From Ministeria vibrans ATCC 50519 (lineage: Eukaryota > Protista > Filasterea), in assembly GCA_943704425.1 (NCBI GenBank), contig CALSCP010000364.1, positions 17,554 to 81,553 on the forward strand: a stretch of DNA of 64,000 nt. The letters run 5' to 3'. This document shows positions 26,842 through 37,187 of this stretch, one piece after another. Below the pieces are notes generated by a model that was not told the DNA's origin, ran no database searches, and was given only the letters and a program-made list of their open reading frames with translations. Made by a program: the position numbers and the translations under genes. The first letter of the stretch is position 1. Each line of letters opens with the position of its first letter.

Positions 26842-28890
26842 ATGTCCACATGTAAGAATAACGCAGTTCGGCGCGAGAAATACGCTCTCGTCGTGGGACG
26901 AACAATTTACAACGCAACGCAAGACGCACTCGACACGCTCAGAGGGGTCGCGGCGACGGTGCGAAACGTTGCGGTCGACCTGCACCGCAACGGATTCATG
27001 GTCGTCGTGGTCGCAGACACGCGCGTGGCGTTGGCACAGGGCGCCTTCGCCAATGCGACCGTCGAGCAACAATACGTCGATGACAGCAGGCAAGCCAAGC
27101 GGGCCGGCAGCCTGCGGTGGATTTGTGGCGATGCTACACGAGCTAATGTCCGTGCTGCGTTAGCCGCGCTGGCCGCCATGGTGCCTGGGCACGTTGCAGC
27201 AACCGCAGACGAACTGGTCATTTACATTGCGGCTCACGGTGTCGAGAACGACTCTGACCGCTCGTACGGCGCCGCATTGGGCGAGTGCCGGTGCGTGCAG
27301 CAGACGACGGACGCGCACGGCGAGGTGACGGGGGTCTACGAGGGCGCGTACACGATGGAGCAGCTGCACGACGATTTGGGCGTCGACCAAGAAGATCAAC
27401 GGTGGCGCAACACGCTCGTGGTGCTCGACACATGCCATTCGGGCGCTGCCTTTGACATGACACAGCCACAGGTTGTGTGCGCACGCAGTCGTGGCGTCGG
27501 AGAGACACCCACCTTCCAAACAGCGTACCTGTCGGAGTCGTTTCATTGTCTTGCTGCCGCGCCGAGTCGATTTCCCGCGTTTAACGAAGACTCTGGGACG
27601 CTGCTGTACACGGCTTTGCGGCGCGCATGGCTGTCGCCTGGTGGTGACGGCGGCGCATTTGGGCGCACGGGCGGCGAGGGGGTGGCGGAATGGGCTACGA
27701 TCGGGTGTGTGGCGGACCGCGTCAACGCCGAGCTGACGGCAATTCTGGCAGCGGGCGCGAGCGATTTCTTGTTGCACCGACAGACTTGCGAACTCAGACG
27801 ACTGCCATGGTGCACCAGCACGAATGTGGGAGAGTTTGTGGTGTTCAACAAGAACTACACGGAGCGGAACAAGCTGGCAATGGTCCCGTCGCCACCAATG
27901 TGCTTTGCGGGACGCAAAGGTGAGCTGGCGGAGCTGCACAAGCGACTGATGAGTGATGGCCAGGCGATGATCGGCAACAACGTCGCTGTGCGTGCGGCAG
28001 GCGGGGTGGGGAAGAGTGCGATGGCGGCGGTGTACGCGACGGAGCACGTGCACGAGTACACTTGGTTGTTGTGGGTGCGAGGCACGAATGCAGAGACGAT
28101 GGTGGCGTCGTTTCGAGAGGCAGCGGCATACATTCCACTGCGTGGAGTGACAAGGACGAGTAAAGATGAGAAGGTGGTGGCGGCGATGCGAGAGTGGCTG
28201 TCGCACGAGAAGGGATGGTTGATGGTGGTGGACGGATGGGATGTGGTGACGAAGGAGATGGTGGCGCTGATGCCTTCGGGACAGACTTGCGGGAAGATGA
28301 TTGTGACGACACGACTGCAGAGTGTGCGTGACTTTGGTGCGCTGTTTGGAGGCGGGGGCGGGGATGTGGCACTGTCGTTGGATGTGCTAGAGGAGGAGGA
28401 TGCGGTGGGATATCTGCTGGAGCGACTACCAGAGAGGAAGGAGAAGGAGAGTGAGGGGTTGAGGAAGGTTGCTGTGGAGTTGGGGAGAATGCCGCTTGCG
28501 CTTGAGCTTGCGAGTGGGTATCTGGCGGAGATGGTGGGAGTGAGTGCGAGTGGGTATCTGAAGAGGCTGGGCGGCGACCGATTGACAGCGTTGCAGGAGC
28601 GAACGGGAGATGGTCAGGTGGTAGATCGAGTCTTGGCGACGTATTGGCCAAGCATTGAACGAGCGATGGAGATTGGAGGAGAGGAGATGGTGAAGAAGAT
28701 TGTGGGGGTGATGGGGATGGTGGAAGGGAGTGGGATTGATGTGGGTCTGCTGCGCGTGTTGGTAGTGGGGAAGAAGAGAGAAGAAGAGGAGGGAGCAGAG
28801 GAGGATGAGTTTGATGTGGCGCTTTTGTTTCTGTGTCGACTGTCTGTTTTGAAGAGGGGAGGGACACGCGTGAGTGTGCACGAGCTGGTG
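26842..28890 (+). CDS. Caspase-family (peptidase C14) protease fused to an NB-ARC/STAND NTPase (NLR-like); 3' end lost at an N gap
   Basis: C14 motifs YALVVG..Y, ATRANV, YIAAHG (His) and VLDTCHSG (Cys). STAND motifs FAGRKGEL, GGVGKS, LMVVDG, IVTTR, GRMPLAL and VHELV. Confidence 0.85.
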
Positions 28891-28955
28891 NNNNNNNNNG
28901 CTCGAGCGCGGCTTCAAGCGCGAGGTCGACGATTTCTTTCTTTCTCTGTTCGTAC

Positions 28956-30700
28956 CCCAGTGACGACATTCTGTGGTTCGTTTGCGCCTCCAAGTGCCGA
29001 GTGCGATACCACAATGAGCAGCAGAATGACTCCCATCCACAGTGACAGGTTCTGTGCCTCCGCATTGTCCTAAACCCCTTCTGGTCAGTGGCTGCATTAC
29101 GGTACAAGTGTATGCAGACGCATATTCGTACCAGTTTACCCGGACAGTGAAGGTTGCCAAAGGGCGCACTGAGAATGCCGCTCCAGACAAGATACGTCGC
29201 ATACCTGAGAGACACATAAAAAAGAGACACAAAAAGGAAATGGAGGGCGAGAGAAAAGATGGACGAGAAAGAAGCAAGGGATAGTGTGTGTGTGTCATAT
29301 CGAGATAAATCACTACGTGAGTCGGATTGAATCTTACGCAGCAACAATGGATGACTGCAGAAGACCACTGTGCGGGTTGCGCTCTTGGATCGACGGACTG
29401 CCACACCAAAAGAATAAAAGTCAGAGACCTGTCTCTCTCTCAATCACATTCTTCCTCTCTCCCTACTTTCACTCTTGTCTTTTTTTCTTACTGTACGGAG
29501 AGAAATGAAACGATCAGCGCTATAATCATATTGAACGTCACAAAGAAAGTGTGTGCTTTGCACTCTGAAACAAAAGCGAAGATCAACCCGAATGTCACCT
29601 CATCGCGTTTCACTTACCCTTGCTTGTGGGAATGTAGAGCGTGATGGTGAGACCCATGGCAACCGAGTAGAAGAAAAGCATGGCGGTGATGAGACCACAG
29701 AACCAACGGCGTTCCTGGGTGTCTAAGGCGGCGGGGAAGAAAAAAGGAACAGCTCAGAGAGAGATAGAGAGAGGAGAAAGAAACAAAGTGATAGAGAAGA
29801 AAGAAGAAACAAAGAGATAGAGGAGAAAGAAATAAAGTGATAGAGGAGAAAGAAGAAACAAAGAGATAGAGGAGAAAGAAATAAAGTGATAGAGGAGAAA
29901 GAAATAAAGTGATAGAGGAGAAAGAGGAGAAAGAAACAAAGTGATAGAAGAGAGAGAGGTGACAAGGCTGAACTGGATACCTTCGGCCTTGGCGACCCAG
30001 TCTTCGTTCCACGAATGTGCAAGGTCGACGAGCAAGAGCATTTCCGCAAGCATAAACACAATGGCACCAATGAGGGCGGGAATGTAAAAGTTGGCAATGG
30101 AGCGACCGTCGATGAAGAAGCACGCAATTATAATACCAATCTACGAAAGAGAAGTCAATTATCTGTCGCGGATGCTTCGCTCGCTCATCCCGCACCCACA
30201 GAAGAGCTTTCAGTAGCCAGCAGCCGTTGTGAATGACGGCTCGCTTGTCGCGCGTACTCGTCACGCCAATCATCGCAATGGCCAGGATCGCATGGTAGAT
30301 TGCCATCCCCGCCATCACCTTGTACACTGCAACCGTTCCGAAGCACGCAGCATCCGACGTTGGACAGTCGAATCCCACGCCGCTCGCCGCATGCGTCAGC
30401 GACTGTCGTATTTTCCTGCAGCGACGCAAAGTGCGGAGTGGGTGAGCGGCCGAGTTCATCTCCGCCCTTGCTTACTCCGTGTTGAGCACCCAGCCGGTGA
30501 TGAGAGTCAACACAAACATGAGCCCGTAGATGGCGCGCGTGGCATACGACTGGCGGCACCGAAAGCATCTCGCAAAGCAGCAGCTGCGAAAGGGGAGTGG
30601 AATGGGAATTTACCAAAGCGATGCAATTGTCTTACCACGCCGATCCCGCACAGCAAGCCGCTTCACCAATGCAGCACAAAGATGACGCGATAAGACCCAT
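28956..30700 (-). CDS. SERINC: 5' exons of the Serinc gene (continues at 11620)
   Basis: MGLIASSLCC.GEAACCAG, ATRAIYGLM, CFGTVAVYKVM, RAVIHNGCWLLK, LLVDLAHSWNEDW and YATYLVWSGILSAP. Confidence 0.9.
29760..29958. repeat. Intronic GA-rich minisatellite, unit about 23 bp (gaaataaagtgatagaggagaaa)
   Basis: Several near-identical tandem copies are visible. Confidence 0.85.
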
Positions 30701-31150
30701 TCTACTATGCCGAGAGACCAGAGGGGGCAAACGAATAAAATTTGAATTATGTTAAATTTTTTAACATTTGAATGTTAAATTTTTTAACAAGTTGAAGAAG
30801 AAGACATTTCCAATTAAGTCACACGACAAAAAAAACGTTTGGATTTGAGTTTACTTTCTAGAAAAAAGTTTGGTCTTGAGCTTGACTCTCAAGATTGTGT
30901 CAAGAGTCAAGACTCAAGAAGATGGATATAATACAATTATTTTGGAGATAATATATTTCAAGACTAGTTACTATACGTGTGAGTCACAGAGAAAAAAATA
31001 ATTGAACTAATTCATTAGTTTACCCCTCTTCTACAAATTAGAAAACACCTCCTTTCAATTTTTCTTGTACAAAAAGAGTATCGAAATCCTTTAAAAATTA
31101 CAGACAGTTGGAGGTAGAAGAACATGTGGCGCCGGAATGCGTGAAGGTAT

Positions 31151-33410
31151 CTAGAGCTTGGCCTTGGCGGCAGCCTTTGCAGCAGCTTTCGCAGCTTTCG
31201 CGGCGGCCTTGTCGGCGGCCATTTTGGCCTCAACCTTGGCAATCTGGTCCCCCTTGACCTCGTGCATGAGCGAGTCGAGTTCGTCAAAGGCCGACGTGAC
31301 GGCACTCCAGAACTTGTCTGGGTTGGCGCGAGTCGAGTCCTTCCATGTGCCAACGTACACAAGCGATACGTCGGGCAGCAGCGAGTAGGTCACAGCATAG
31401 CCGTCCTTGGCCATGGGCGCAAACACGCCGTACGATCGCGTAAAGCCAACCTATCATCAAAACAAACAAGAGAAGAAAAAAAGAGAAAGAAGAAGAATGA
31501 GTCATGTCTGCTCGTTGTTGATACAAAAGGTAAATAGGCACTTACGGGTGCGGCAAACATTTGCATATCATTGCCACCGCCAGACTTGGCAAAGCGAAGG
31601 TAATCTAAAAGACAAGACACAAAAAGAGGATCAGAGCGAGAAAAACAATGAAAAAAATAATATTATTATGGTTAGTTGACGGAAACAAAAGCTTACCGTC
31701 ATGAGCAAAAAGCTCGGGAACGGACTGGCCAGTCTCGGCCTGGCGCTCCTCGGCCATGAGCTGGAGGCCCATGAGATGGCGGTCAATACCATGACCGAAG
31801 ATGGCGGCGTCGTTGTACTCCTGATGCACACGCGACGCCTCCATGTACGCCTGTGCCTTGGCGGCGGCTGTCGCTGTCGGGTCGACCATTGTCTTGGTGA
31901 AATGCACGCTCTCGGGATTGACGGCGCGCACCAAGTCAGTGCGGCCGCGGTAGAAGCAGCGGTGGGTGGCGGTCTTGAGGGTCAGCACCGGCTTGTTGTA
32001 CAGTCGGTAGAGAGCGAGCTGCAGTGCCAGCTGCAGGTGAACGTCCGGGTTGACGCCAAATGCCTTGGCCTTGTCGCGTCCAAAGCGATGATGCTCATTC
32101 ATGTTGGTCGACACGCGCGCCAGATCCTTGTACTTGGCCTTGGCCAACTCAATGTGCGAGCGCACCATGTCGCTCTCAGGCAGGTCCAGCTGGCGCACAC
32201 GTTGTCGTGCCAGCGCCACGCCCTCGGGCTGTGAAAACTCGCGCGCCACCTCAGCCTCAATGGATGACAGCTCAGGAATGAGCTTTTGGGGTAGTTTAGC
32301 GGCGGCAATGGCCATGACGGCATCCCAGACTGCGCGGAGGTAAGGCACGCCCTCGGCAACGGTGTGGTCGGCGGCAAGGGCAGTCTGGCCGTCCTTGAAA
32401 ACGGAAATCATGAACACCTTGTCAAACCACGTCGAGGTGGGGTCGCAATGAATGCTCTTTTCGGTGAGTTGATGAAAATCCTTGGGGGTTGTGTCGTCGA
32501 ATGTAAGGCACGCAATGCTAGTTTCAATGTCCTTGAGAGCCGCCTCGGCGCCCAGATCGTCAATCATATGTTCGCGCACTGTCGCCCAAGTTGTGCGATC
32601 AAGAGAGGTGAGCGCCGCGTGTCCCGCGCCGACCCCGTCGAGCTTGGAGAGCTGCAGGACGGTGGAAAACGCGCGCGCGAGCTGCTGCTGCGAGTGAACC
32701 ACGTTGTTCTCGTCGACGACATCGACGCGGTACGCACGGCCCTTGACCAGCACCACAATGTGGCGCTGGTCCTCGTAGTGATCAATGCGGTCAAGCTCTT
32801 GACCCGGCACGCGGTACGACGACCAGCAACGCAGGTACTGACGCATGCACATGGGTGCACGCGAGCCGTCGGGCTGACGCTGTGTGTCTTGGGGAACCTC
32901 GCCGCGCTGGACGGCACCGCGGAAATTGAGCATGCCGTGCAACAGCAGTGCGGCGTACGGCACCTGCATGCCCTCGGCGCTCGGCAAGATAGGGCGCAGG
33001 TCGAGCGGACAGGAGATGTTGACGTTGACTGAGGTTGGCTTGCGGTCACGCAAGTAGGCAAATTCCTCCCAGGCCTCGGCCATCCAGTTGCGCGAGACTG
33101 TGGCGCGATGCTCGAGACGGCGCTGCAGATCCCAGCCGGGACCCGACTTGGCACTCACATCGCCCAGAAAGTCCTTGACGAGCGCCTCGCGCTTGGCGTA
33201 GTCCTCGCTCGAGAGCAGCGGCTGCAACGAGCGAAGGTAGCGCGTGGTACTGACAAGCAGGTCGGGCACTGGCAGACGCGGCAGATGGCTCTCATACTTC
33301 TCGGGAACAACTGCGTCGGCGGGCTGCGGGAAGGGCGACACGGCCGGCTCGACGTCGTGCTGGGCGAGGGGCGTCAGCGACTTGGTGGAGCTGGTCACTG
33401 TGCGGGCCAT
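31151..33410 (-). CDS. Choline/carnitine acyltransferase family protein, CROT-like, with peroxisomal PTS1 (-AKL)
   Basis: LPRLPVPDL, NWMAEAWEEFAYL, PMCMRQY, WFDK, DHTVAEG (catalytic His), GRTD, GHGIDRHL, KSGGG and PMAKDGY. Ends AKL*. Confidence 0.88.
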
Positions 33411-33869
33411 TCGACGGCTGAATCCGGTCTACAAACATAGACACCCCTCGTCAGTCGCCTTGCCAACAGTCGCTTGCATTAACACCAAATGCACGAGGGA
33501 CAATGCGGCGCAATCAAAGGAATACAAACTCAGTTGAAAGTCATCCAGAAAAAATTTTTTTTTTCTTCTGAAGGATGAAATGTATTTTGGTGAACCGTCG
33601 ATTATTGCGAAAGAACGCGACGGATACGTATAGATTAGATGTATAACACACCCATGGAAGTAAAATGGGAAGAAACAGAGGTCGCACAATGACGAAAATC
33701 CCAATCATGTGTTGAGGGAGCGGGGTCCACGGGATTACAGATTCTGGCGCTCCACGACTTGTGGAGAGCCCAACGGCGGTGCAAGACACCTCGGAACAGG
33801 GTTGGCATGGCTGTTTGCGCGCGACACTGGCTGATTTCCCGCTGCGTATGGCTGGGGTTGATGTTGCAT

Positions 33870-33905
<36 letters not shown>

Positions 33906-34188
33906 GATTGTTGGATTTTTTTTTGTAGTATCAAAATCGCATAATTAGGTTCACTTACGAGTCCTTGGGCACGGGTAAGCATGAAGGGCAAGAAACGCGG
34001 TCAGAAAGATTCGCCGGTGAAAAAAAAAAGTAAAATTTAATTTATTTAAAAAAAAATCAATTTTCAACCAAAATGTTAAGCATCCTAAAAGTTAAAACCT
34101 AAAAGCTGACTCACAGACTTTGAACTTTCCATCGCCCTTCCATATAACATCAATGTCGCGATACAATAATACCAATATAATACATTGT

Positions 34189-37083
34189 CTACATGTGAAG
34201 CTTCCGTCGAGCTCGGGGAGGCGAGCCGGCTCGCTGGACGGGCGGATCGATGGAGCGCACTGGACTCGAGTCGGAGTGGGCGAGACGGCGAGGACTACGA
34301 CGCGTCGGCGAGGGAGACAGGCCGTGGCGCATGGTGTGAGCGAGTGCGGCACGTTGCATCTCCGGTGACTCGAGAACCCTTCTCACTGCAGTGGGAGCGG
34401 CGGCCGTGGATGACGAGCCTGCTGCCCCCATGGTGGCGGCGTCGAGGGGACGGCGAGGGCTGCGACGCAGCCGTTTCGCAACGGGCGTCTCCATCACAAT
34501 CACCTTCTTCTTGGCCTTCTGCTTCACTTTGGCAGTCGAGGATACTGTTGCCGATGGCGTTGCAGCAGGTTTTCGCACCTTGGCTGCGGGGACGTGCCAG
34601 TCACCGGCCACACCCACCGATGCACTCGTCTTGGATTTGTGGGCACGGGCAGCCGCAGTCGAACCCATAGCGCCACTGACCTCCCAGCGAAGACTGGTCG
34701 AGCCACGGCGAGCGAGCTTGGACACAATGGCGGGCGGAGGGGCGGGCGCAGCACACTCCGCAGACTCAGTCGCCTTGTGCTTTGTCGTCTTCAACTTGGA
34801 ATCGGATGCTCGCCTGGAGCGTCCAGCGGCCGACTTGAGTTCCTGTGCACGTTGTTGCTGACGCCGCAACAACAACGCAGACTGCGCCTGTTGCTGCATA
34901 AGCTCCCAACTGTTGCTCGCAAGAGCCGTGGTCGCTGCCGCAGCTGCAGCTGAGGGGTGAGTCTTCTTCTTCACGGGTGGTGACAGTGAGGCGAGTGCGT
35001 CTGAACCGGCACGGCGCTTGCGCTTGCGGGGCGACGTACGTCGGGGGCAATCCACATCGGCACGCTCAAAAAGCGCCAAGGTTGCGCGGGGAAGCACAGG
35101 GTGAAAGTGGGGCCAGAGAGTGTCGATAAGAAAGCGCTCAAAGGAGAATGGCATTGGGGGGAGTGCAGATGTGTTGCCGATGTCTGCCGTCGAGAGATCC
35201 GCAGTCGGGATGGCGGTGGTGGTGGACGTGAGAGTGCTCGTCATCATACGTAGAATGTCAAGTTCTCCATACACGTCGCGCATGAGCCGCTCGGTTGCGT
35301 GAGGGTCGCCGACGTCGTCGTCGTCATGGTCATCGCTCGCATAGTCGTCAGCAAGGTCGCCCGTCGTGCGGCTGATCGCCAGAAGGCGCAATAGAGCCTG
35401 TGCGGCATGGTCGAGTTGCTTTGCTGCGGGCGGGAGAGTGCGGGTAGCGGTGCGAACGCGCAGTGGGCTAATGAGACGCGCAAGAGCAAGGCCTGGGTCG
35501 GTGTCGACACGCGCGAGTGTCTTGAGGACAACGTCGCTGAAGAAGAAACGCACAGTGTCGTGCGGTCCGCTCGCGCTGGGGCCCGACGGAGATATAAGAA
35601 TTGATTCGTACAACGCATGGATGTGTGCGTAGGCGTCTTCGGGCGACAGGGGTGACTCGGGATGTGGGGTTGTCATCTGCACCGTCGCGTGAGTCGCCGT
35701 GTGTGTTGTGGCAATGGCTGTTGTATGATGTGTGATGGTGGTGTCTTGAAAAGCGGCAGTAGGATCGGCACGAAGTTGAGCGCGACATTGAAGAAGAATG
35801 GCTTGTGCGTTTGATGAGAGGGCAGGGCAACTGTCATGAGGATGGTCGATGGTCGCACGCACGCCGCCCGAGAGGGCGCATGTGGCGCTGCTTAGCGACA
35901 TAGCGGTCGCTGCCGAACGGTCGTTTGATTCGTCAGTGTCCAGCCGGGCCGACGACGTAACAATAAACACAAGGTGAGCGGCAGTCGTCAGAGGAATGAG
36001 AATGGCGCGAAGACGGTCGTTGACGAGCACCGACATGGTCGTCACAGGGACGCACGTTGTCGCAGGAGAATCCTGTACGCAAAGCCATGCTTTGGTGTGC
36101 GTCGCTTGTAGCGCATCGAGAGCGCACTGAATCGCACCGGCAGCGTTGGCACAGCGCGATACAAGCTGGAGGCGCGATAGAACGGGCGTGCGCGTTGTAG
36201 TGGCAGCGAGAACAGCGAGTGTGATGGGCGTGATGGCGATTGAGGAGCGCGCCGCGACGGTTGCCGTGACCGTCTTGTGAGGAGCTACCACCTGCTGTAA
36301 GGGTACATTGCCACGACGACGGTGTGCGTGAGACGCCGACCGAGCATGTCCGGGCGGACACAAATGGTGTCTGGAAAAGAAAAAAGCCCCATAGAGAGCC
36401 TCCAGTGGGAGGGCGCTTGCAGATGCGACAAGCGCCTCCAGACGCACAACAGCGCCATCGAATGCGGCAACAATGTCGCTGGCTAGGGGACACGCACGGC
36501 GGCCCGAAGTGTCTACAACAAACCACGACACGCCGAGTCGCTCGTACTGGAGTGCGAGGCCGTTGTGCGCGAGAAACAGGCGGTCAAGTCGAGCGCGCGC
36601 CTCGTCCTCGCCCAGTGTCGCCTTGTCGCTCACAAACGCCGAAAGAGTCGCCAGCGAATAAGGCCAGGCATCCGTGAAGAGTACAACAGCTCGCTGGCGC
36701 GGCCCCTGGAGAGGAGAGCCCAGGGATTTGGATTCGCAGGCGAGTGTTTGTTTGAGGAGTCGCGAGAGGCCGTCGGCGCGCGGTTCGACCGCCGCACTGG
36801 ACGACGCCGAGACGGGATGCGACAAGGTTCGCTCGAGAGTCTCCCGGACTCGTTCGCCGTCGCCACACGGGTGCGCGTCGGCCCCCACCTGGTAGACTGG
36901 CGTGGTGAGCGGGACGGTGTCGGAGACGCGCAGGGCGTCAACGGAGCGCACAGAAAAGGCGGGAGATGACGACGCCGGTGCGATGCGCAGCTGCCAGTAG
37001 GCCACGAGGTTGACGGCAACAGGCACAATGGTGGCTACTGGCGGCACTTGGCCTGACGGAGTGTCCACCAGAAAGTGGATCAT
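34189..37083 (-). CDS. TICRR: Putative Treslin/TICRR (Sld3 family) replication initiation factor; intronless, 964 aa
   Basis: N-terminal FLVDT, AVVLFTDAWPYS..L..FVS and WFVVDT resemble the Treslin vWA-like domain. QALLRL and FL...L..HF...LP..L..LF resemble the Sld3/Treslin domain. Paired CDK-like sites VMETP and VLESP. Confidence 0.55.
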   Translation of the reverse strand: MIHFLVDTPSGQVPPVATIVPVAVNLVAYWQLRIAPASSSPAFSVRSVDALRVSDTVPLTTPVYQVGADAHPCGDGERVRETLERTLSHPVSASSSAAVEPRADGLSRLLKQTLACESKSLGSPLQGPRQRAVVLFTDAWPYSLATLSAFVSDKATLGEDEARARLDRLFLAHNGLALQYERLGVSWFVVDTSGRRACPLASDIVAAFDGAVVRLEALVASASALPLEALYGAFFFSRHHLCPPGHARSASHAHRRRGNVPLQQVVAPHKTVTATVAARSSIAITPITLAVLAATTTRTPVLSRLQLVSRCANAAGAIQCALDALQATHTKAWLCVQDSPATTCVPVTTMSVLVNDRLRAILIPLTTAAHLVFIVTSSARLDTDESNDRSAATAMSLSSATCALSGGVRATIDHPHDSCPALSSNAQAILLQCRAQLRADPTAAFQDTTITHHTTAIATTHTATHATVQMTTPHPESPLSPEDAYAHIHALYESILISPSGPSASGPHDTVRFFFSDVVLKTLARVDTDPGLALARLISPLRVRTATRTLPPAAKQLDHAAQALLRLLAISRTTGDLADDYASDDHDDDDVGDPHATERLMRDVYGELDILRMMTSTLTSTTTAIPTADLSTADIGNTSALPPMPFSFERFLIDTLWPHFHPVLPRATLALFERADVDCPRRTSPRKRKRRAGSDALASLSPPVKKKTHPSAAAAAATTALASNSWELMQQQAQSALLLRRQQQRAQELKSAAGRSRRASDSKLKTTKHKATESAECAAPAPPPAIVSKLARRGSTSLRWEVSGAMGSTAAARAHKSKTSASVGVAGDWHVPAAKVRKPAATPSATVSSTAKVKQKAKKKVIVMETPVAKRLRRSPRRPLDAATMGAAGSSSTAAAPTAVRRVLESPEMQRAALAHTMRHGLSPSPTRRSPRRLAHSDSSPVRSIDPPVQRAGSPPRARRKLHM

Positions 37084-37187
37084 GGCATTCTAAAATATTG
37101 TGGTTATTATAATAATATTTTTTTCAATTTTATTCATCTCGAGTTCTCGACATCTCGTTCAAACTCCATGATACGACGTCACCTAGC

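Noticed and set aside
28891-29073. C-terminal ~55 aa of the 743-aa ORF
   Set aside because: Read-through across the gap into the helicase-derived 34-mer and antisense Serinc sequence; not part of the STAND protein.
27160-29443. Long minus-strand ORFs (348 and 532 aa) opposite the caspase-STAND gene
   Set aside because: Antisense shadows of biased codon usage. The longer one crosses the N gap and only briefly overlaps real Serinc exon sequence.
29760-29958. Regular repeats resembling a CRISPR array or tet operator
   Set aside because: No unique spacers and no cas genes; it is a low-complexity intronic minisatellite in a eukaryotic gene.
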